Assembly: GCF_009914755.1 (NCBI RefSeq)
Contig: NC_060938.1
DNA length: 64,000 nucleotides
Source of the DNA: the human T2T-CHM13v2.0 reference genome, Homo sapiens
Reading direction: 5' to 3' (one strand)
Shown here: one piece after another, positions 56,346 to 64,000 of the stretch
Layout: every line of letters begins with the position of its first letter
Numbering within the stretch: the first letter of the stretch is position 1
The notes under the pieces: generated by a model
The model's database searches: none
The model's input: the letters and a program-made list of their open reading frames with translations, nothing else
Told to the model about the DNA's origin: nothing
Translations under genes and position numbers: made by a program

Positions 56346-56748
56346 CTAAGACCTAACATTGAATTATGAGGGAAGAATTACCTAGGAAATTTTCAAAAGC
56401 CAAAATAAAAGAAAGCGTAGGCAAATCTGGACATTTTCTTTTCTTTATAGATCAATAGATAAGTATCTTTATAAATAGATTATCTCTATAAATGTAAATT
56501 ACATGAGCACATATATGAATACATGCAAACATAGAGATATTTATATATAAATACATGTAAACACACATACAGAGATACTTCAGAAAGAAATGCTATATAA
56601 TTGTATTCTGGATACAAGGAGGTAACCTTAGGGGCTAGTTGAAGAGACCCAGATTAAGAGAGGTAAAATACAGAGAATGTAAAGTTCTAATTATCAAGTG
56701 CATTTGCCTCACCTTTTTAGATACCTCAAGAATTAGAAACATCTGGTG

Positions 56749-56992
56749 ACTAACAATTACATAGCACTTACTATGTACCAGGCACTGTCTTAAGAACTTT
56801 CATATATTTTCATTTTATCCTCACAACATCGCTTTGAGAATGGAACCATTATTAACCTAATTTTACAGAAGATAAATTGAGGCACCATAAAATGAAATGA
56901 CGCTACTGAGGTCACATGATTGGTGTCTGGTCCAGGTATCAAACCCACAGTGGTTTGGCTTCAGAGTCTACCATGATACTATACGGCTCTTC
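56749..56992 (-). mobile_element. MIR SINE, near full length
   Basis: agcacttactatgtaccaggcactgt...atcctcacaaca...attttacagaagataaattgaggca...ggtcacat. Confidence 0.85.
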
Positions 56993-57159
56993 AATTAACT
57001 GCCTGAGCCCACATTTTCCATGATACAGAACTATAGCTTAAATACTGTATGCCCAGGTTACTTATAACTCAAAAAATACTGAAGTATAGAAATCAATATT
57101 ATTTTGAGAGTTACAGTTTCATCTGCATTAATTCTCTCAAGAGTCTTGTAGGAAGCAGT

Positions 57160-57350
57160 ATTGAGCCAGGCAGACCTGGGTCCTAGTCCAACTCTACTAA
57201 CTTTTGCCTGTGAGAGTTTAGGTAAGTGTTTTAATCATCTTCCATCTCATTTTATACTTTACGCTATGAAGAAAAAACTATTTTTTGGAGAGGTTGTTAT
57301 GGGGATTATAGAAACTATATATTTATACATTTTCTGGTATTTGATGAGGG
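57160..57350 (+). mobile_element. MIR fragment
   Basis: gagccaggcagacctgggtcctagtccaactctac...gagaggttgttatggggatta. Confidence 0.6.
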
Positions 57351-57384
57351 CTTTATAAATGATAGTTATTGTTAAACTATCATG

Positions 57385-57510
57385 ATTATTTCCAGCTACA
57401 TATGAGAAAATCAAGGATGAGAGAATGTAAAGGATTTTTCTATGGACACACAACGTTTAAGTAGTAGAGGTGTGACTTGAACTCAGGTTCTGTGGTGCTG
57501 TATTTCATGC
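57385..57510 (-). mobile_element. MIR fragment
   Basis: tacatatgagaaaatcaagg...taagtagtagagg...ttgaactcagg. Confidence 0.5.
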
Positions 57511-59247
57511 AATTTAATGTATTTCAGGGCACCATCCTGCTTTAAAAATTCCCTAATATGCAGCACAAACTTCATCTTTTCAGTTATTTCCCTTAGTTCT
57601 TTATATTCATATCACCTTTTCTTGATTTTGAGTCTCTATGTAGTACAAAGTTTGTAAGATACAATTTAGTATTTAACTATTTCTAGCATTGTATTTGTTG
57701 CTTCTTCAAAAACATTTCAAATTGCCTGAGGACAGAATAATTGATATATACACAACTGTATCTACCTGTACCCTGTGTACTCAATAAGTAACTTTACTTG
57801 ATTTCATTATAGAACAAATCTTACTCTTTCAACAAATACTTAGGTTCTATTTGTATTCATTTGATGAGCCCTCTGCCTCTCTAGAAGTTATTTCCTCTCC
57901 AGCCAAGAAAGAAAACCAGGTTTTTGGTAAAAATTTTGGTATTGAAAGATACTTGCAAATATCATAGGCAACAAATAAGGGAATGTACAGAAGAGAAATG
58001 TCAAAGATAAGACATAAGAAAGAAGGAAGCATCCATCTTAAAGAAGTATACCACAACACCACAACAAAAGAAAAAGGAGGAGGAACAGGACGAGGAAGGG
58101 GTCTGACATTGAAATTCATTGTCCCCCAGTTACTTGACGATGAGAAGATAAAGGACCCACAGAAATTGCAAAATGGGAAAAGCAGGTACAGAAACTGGAA
58201 ATAGGAAATATCTATTTGCATAGTTGGAAGAGAGAATGAGGAATAATTGTCCAACATCTGCTTCTGTATTCTCAAAATAACTAGCTACTGCTGCTTCATT
58301 ATCTTAGAAGAAGATTTATTTCAATCTCTTCGGGAACCTCAGAAGACCTTTAATATGACTGAATTAGATTCTAAAACACCCTGCATAGCATGGCATGGCA
58401 TCGTGGCTAAATTCTAAGGAGCACACATAACACATTTATAGCTGCTAGAGCAGACTGAATAAATGCGTATAAGAATAAAGTGAAATGCCCAGCAAACACT
58501 GAATGCTCAATAATTGATTTTTTAAAGATTTCCTAAAGAGTTTACAAAAAAATCACGAAACAAATCATGTCTGTTTTTTTTGTTAAAAAAATGCTGTATA
58601 ACAATGCATGGTAATTATCAAATTTAGGATATAAAAATAACAAGCTCTAGGATTTTAGAGGAAAGAAAAGTCACCATGGGTCAGCTGATGTGGTCAGAGA
58701 AGGTATCTGTAAAGAGGATCCAAGTGTACACTTGGAGTGTGGCACTGAGAATATATAATTAAGCAGTGACACCTAAAAGGCTTACATATGGTATAAGAAT
58801 AGCACTTACCTCCAATTTACTTCCCTTTTTCCCCTGACAATGTTCTTCCAGTTTGAATGCATAATGTTCTGGTAAAAATAACCTTGTTGACAGAGCAATC
58901 ATAAACAGAAAAAAAATTCAAGGTGCAGAACATTTAAAAGTATATATTTATTATGAGAAATTATACTGCAGCACGCATATTCCTGTACTATGATTTTTCT
59001 TGTTTCCTTCACAATTTAATGTCAAAATCTTTATTCTTCAATGTGTATACTCATGGTCCCAAGCTATCAAAGGTAACATTTCATTTGAATTCTCTCTCAA
59101 ACTCACAAAACTGTACATTCAATGTTTAATTCCCTTCTTTTTATGACTATTATTTTTTCTTTATTGTTTTCTGCAACTTATCTTCCTCTACTTACTATTT
59201 ATACAGAATAAACATTTTGACTGTTCTCTCTATCCCCTTATACTTAG

Positions 59248-59875
<628 letters not shown>

Positions 59876-61699
59876 GGCATTTTTTTTTTCTTTATGTCCC
59901 CAGTACTGTTCTGGGTGCTTCATTTGTCTAATTAACAGTAGAATCTCAATAAAAACACATCAAGTAGATAAATTAACAACCAAAAACAATAATCACACAA
60001 TTGCTCATTATTTTTATCTATTTAGTTTATCATTAATTCTTACCTCCATTTATTTCAACAGGCATTATAGGGATAAAAAATAGAACGGAATTCCAGCCTT
60101 GAAAACAGTAAAAGTGTCTTTAGGGAAGATGACAGGAAAATGTATAATTAAAAAAGACTTTGAAAGCTTAGAATGCCTTAAGATTAAGATTCCGAGCTAT
60201 TACATGGGAAATAAGGGGAGGGGGAGAGAAAACCATGTTTTGTTCTGCTTGCCAGAAAAGGGCGATAATGTAGCCTAATTATGTACAACCAGCATGATCA
60301 ACTTTAGAAATGAGGTACTCACCAAAAGGCTTAAATTTTTACCAACAAATTCTGTTATAGTTTGGTTATGTTTGCACATCAACACTGAATGATTAAATCA
60401 AATAAAACTGTGAGTTTGGGTGATGATCTGTTTGGTACTAAGCTACCTGGCAGCAAATTACTGGCCAACCCATAGCCTACAGCTGTTGTGTGATCCTGTC
60501 TATCTACTCAATCAGATCAATTCACTCAGAAGTCTATGCTACATCTTCTGAGGCCATGTCGCCAGCACAATCACCTGAAAGCTCTCTTATGGAAACCCCA
60601 TGCCAGCCAGTGTCATTGCACAGTTTTGCTGAGTAAATTAAGTGATAAATTATGATGTCCATTGAGTGGTAAGATTGCTTCATTGTGAAGTAGAATTAAT
60701 ACGGTCATTCTCAAGGGGTTGACAGATGAGAGACAGTAAATTATCAATATTCAAATGCCTCGTAACAAGTAAAGCTTTGGCTTTAGGACATGGGATCTAA
60801 AAGTATGAAAATACAATTCCATTTTGTGGTCAAAAGTTAGCACAAGCGTGTAGTTTATTGGTGTCTATCTTATGTGGGCTAGGAGAAATACTTAAGACTT
60901 TCACGGTTTGTTTCTCATTCACCAAATTAAATTTTCCTCAATGCCTATATTCGTAGCTCTGTGTAGGTAGTATTAGCACATCTTTAAAAGGCATTAAAAG
61001 TGGAATTTCAGACCTCGAGGAGCTTTTGGAAAACAGGAGAATGTTACACTGGCAAACCAAGTGGTATTGTTACTACTATGTTTCACAAACCTTATTTAGG
61101 AGACTCAAAAACTAATGACTGGTGTATGCTAGGGTAGAAACCCCAGAAACCCCCCACCACCCCGCAAAAAAAAGAGAGAGAGAGACAAAAGGAGAAAAGA
61201 AAAGCCATAAAGCCATGATTCTCTAACAGAGTCTTATTTGCTACAATCAGAAGGCTAAACTTGTCCTCAGGTGCCACATTTCCAGCTCACTAAGGAATAC
61301 ATTATCCTTCCAATGAAATGCTATAAATGATACAGAAGTTCCATTTCTAGCCTACAAAGCATGTGTATTTTGTAATGTTGCTGGAACGATGTAGAAAAGG
61401 TAGTGGAAGAGGAGAATGTAAAAGAAGAAAAGAGAAGGCAGAGCATAGACTGTTCTTTAAAAATGTGTTTTTTTAAATTTTTGCATTTGTATAGCATTAT
61501 GTAGTTTACAAAATATCATATGCATGTATGTTTCATCTTTGTCCTAAAATTTGCATGGAATAGGGAAATTACAACTGAGGATACTGGAACACACAAACAC
61601 ACACACACACATTAACATTAAAAATGTACCCATTAAGTATTATAGTTAATTTTTCAAAATCCTTCTCTTCTGTTCCATTCACAAAGAGTTTGTAGTCCT

Positions 61700-62480
61700 G
61701 TGAAGGACTATTCCCTCCTCACCTATCTGTGAATTCTCCACCTTTTCATCTCTTCAGGCATTTGGCACCATCACTTAACTCTCTTCAGTATATAATCTCT
61801 CCCTCTTGACTTTTCTTGTTTCCCTCAACACAAAAGCATTCTTAAGATCTTTCCCATGTTAAAAACAGCAGACTTTCTCTCCACACTTTCTCTCTCTAGC
61901 GTCCATGCTGAGTGGCCTTCTTTTCCTCTTATTCCTAGTCACCACTTTCCATTTCCAACAGCATTCACTAGCAACTTATCAACTTAGTCTAATTTCCCCC
62001 AATCCTATAAAAGCACTCTTGTTAAGTCCCAGATGTCCTACCTGCTCATTCAGTTGGGCATTTTCTTTTCTTAACCAAATTAACATCTTTGCTGCATTTG
62101 ACACTGTCATCTTCCTTAAAAATCTTCTCTTATTTGCCATTCTGGAATCTGGAAATAAGATTTTTTTCCTCTTGTCCATTCCTTATCAGTCTTCTTTGTA
62201 AACTCCCCTTTTATGCTGTCTAGATGAATGTTGGATGATCACATTCATGGTCAATATTGCGGTCTTCTTGTATTTTTCCCTATTTTCTGCCTGCAATGAA
62301 CTGATCACTAGGTGCTGTCCGTTAAACTGACAAATCACAGGCAAATGCCAAGTTACTCTCTCCATCTCCACTGCCATTGTCTCAACTCATATCCTCACCC
62401 TCTACTACTTGAATGACTCTTAGTTTGCTAACAGTTCTTCCTGCTGTTTCTCATCATTTCCATGACCATCACCATCACCA
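61700..62480 (+). mobile_element. L2 internal (RT-region) remnant
   Basis: Pyrimidine-rich. tgctgcatttgacactgt encodes AAFDTV, matching the L2 RT motif LSAAFDTVDH. Confidence 0.7.
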
Positions 62481-62522
62481 GTTCAAATGGAGTTTGAATT
62501 TGCGTGCTTTAGCTTTCCATAA

Positions 62523-62990
62523 TGATGGTGTTCAGGACAAGCTATGCCAAAATACAGCACCTTGGCATTTGAGAAAATAGCAAAAAAAGGAAGGTCTCCT
62601 GAACTTTCTTCTGTTCTCCCATGAAACAGGCCATAAAAATTATCTGATTTTCCTCTGAAGCCCACTCTATACCCAGAGAAAAGGGATGTCCTTATCTCTG
62701 AAGATACAGGGACTCAGAGATGTATCTAAAAAGTGGGCTTTGCTAAGGCCTCCCTGATAGAACATACCCTTGTCTCACCATACAGCTGCACAATTGTCCA
62801 CTCTTCATCAAACTCAGCATAAAAATTCATGTTTCCCTGTTTCTTTGGGTCTTCATTTCTGAAGGCTCCTGTGTCACGTAAAATTTATATTAAATAAATT
62901 TGTATGTTTTTCTCCTGTTAAATCTTTATTTTGTTATAGAGAGTCATCAGCCATGAACATAGCAACGGGTGAGAAAAGAAATTTCTTCTA
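62523..62990 (+). mobile_element. ERV1-class solo LTR (MER39/MER34-like)
   Basis: tgatggtgttcaggac...ccaaaatacagcaccttggcatttgagaaaa and gggtcttcatttctgaaggctcctgtgtcacgtaaaa...taaataaatttgtatg. Family name from memory. Confidence 0.7.
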
Positions 62991-63000
62991 TAATACCAAC

Positions 63001-63295
63001 CTTTTTTTTTTTTAAGACAGGGTCTCGCTCTTTCACCCAGGCTGGAGTACAGTGATGCAATCTCAGCTCACTGCAACCTCCACCTCCTGGGGTCAAGTGA
63101 CTCTCGTGCCTCAGCCTCCTGAGTAGCTGGGATTACAGGCTTGCACCGCCATGCCCAGCTGATTTTTGTATTTTTAGTAGAGATGGGGTTTCACCATGTT
63201 GGCCAGGCTGGTCTCGAACTTCTGACCTCAAGTGATCCGCCTGCCTTGGGCTCCCAAAGTGCTGGGGTTATAGGCGTGAGCCACAGCAATGGGCC
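63001..63295 (-). mobile_element. Alu (AluSx/Sz-type), antisense
   Basis: Full dimer. TSD aataccaa at 62992-62999 and 63296-63303. Confidence 0.95.
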
Positions 63296-63320
63296 AATAC
63301 CAAGTTTAAAAAAAAAAAAA

Positions 63321-63603
63321 TTGAGACAGGGTCTCACTCTGTTGCCCATGCTGGAGTGCAGTGATGGGATCATGGCTCATGGGAACCTCAAACTCCTGGG
63401 CTCCAGTGATTCTCTTACCTCAGTCTTCTAAGAAGCTGAGACTATAGGTGTGCATCACCACATATTGCTAAGTTTTTATTTTTTGTGGAGATAGGGTCTC
63501 ACTATGTTGCTCAGGTTGGTCTCAAACTCCTGGACTCAAGCAATCCTCCCGCCTTGGCCTCCCAAACTGCTGGGATTACAGGTGTGAGCTACCATGCCCA
63601 GCC
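63321..63603 (-). mobile_element. AluJ-type Alu, antisense
   Basis: gatcatggctca, aactcctgggctc, gggtctcactatgttgc and ctcaagcaatcctccc are J diagnostics. Confidence 0.92.
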
Positions 63604-64000
63604 TACCTATCATTTTTAAGCTATAATAGGATTGTTGGTTTATTTGCCTTATTTTGAGGGAGTGATTATGACAGATATCTTTTAAGTATTTAAAGACAAT
63701 TTCTCATCTTACCCCTAAATGTATCTTAGATTGTTTGCATCATAAAGACTTTACCCATGAAAACAATGATGAAAAACTGCAGCTCAGTTTCGATAAATAT
63801 TAAAAGTAATTTATAAGTTTTGGAGTCTGAAATAATGAATGATGTTTATAGCAATAATTAATCGGTGCTTTCTAAGCAATATCTCAAAAGGTATTTTCTT
63901 CTATGTATTTCTTGTCTAATAAATATATGCATTATGCTTATGTAAAAATGATTAATAACAAGAATGGCTCTATGCGGCTTTATCAAAAGTACAAAGTAAT

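Noticed and set aside
57847-58275. Overlapping 142-aa (-) and 73-aa (+) ORFs
   Set aside because: Explained by purine/pyrimidine strand skew; no recognisable homology or exon structure.

Overview
This is AT-rich primate (human- or ape-like) genomic DNA, intronic or intergenic. I recognise no host protein-coding exon, RNA gene or CRISPR array. Much of the window is transposon-derived: about 16 Alu copies or fragments (J, S and Y types), a full-length but inactivated L1PA4-6-type LINE-1 with a long TSD (36045-42166), a 5'-truncated L1PA7-type copy, old L1M, L2 and MIR remnants, several ERV solo LTRs and many microsatellites. A nested block at 12244-20270 has an MLT1 LTR split by an L1MA, which is in turn split by a two-LTR gamma-like provirus with an EnvV-like env remnant and by three Alus. 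The most notable observations are: (1) a 413-bp TG...CA HERV-H mini-element (RT fragment fused to LTR7 R/U5) inside a 5-bp TSD; (2) a multi-step template-switch scar in the L1PA7 copy, containing a perfect 28-bp inverted copy of sequence 1.1 kb away; (3) an open L1 ORF0 frame; (4) a left-right-right trimeric Alu within one TSD; (5) a tail-to-tail inverted Alu pair only 20 bp apart. I found no convincing new biological system. Subfamily names come from recalled consensus sequences and need RepeatMasker/Dfam confirmation.
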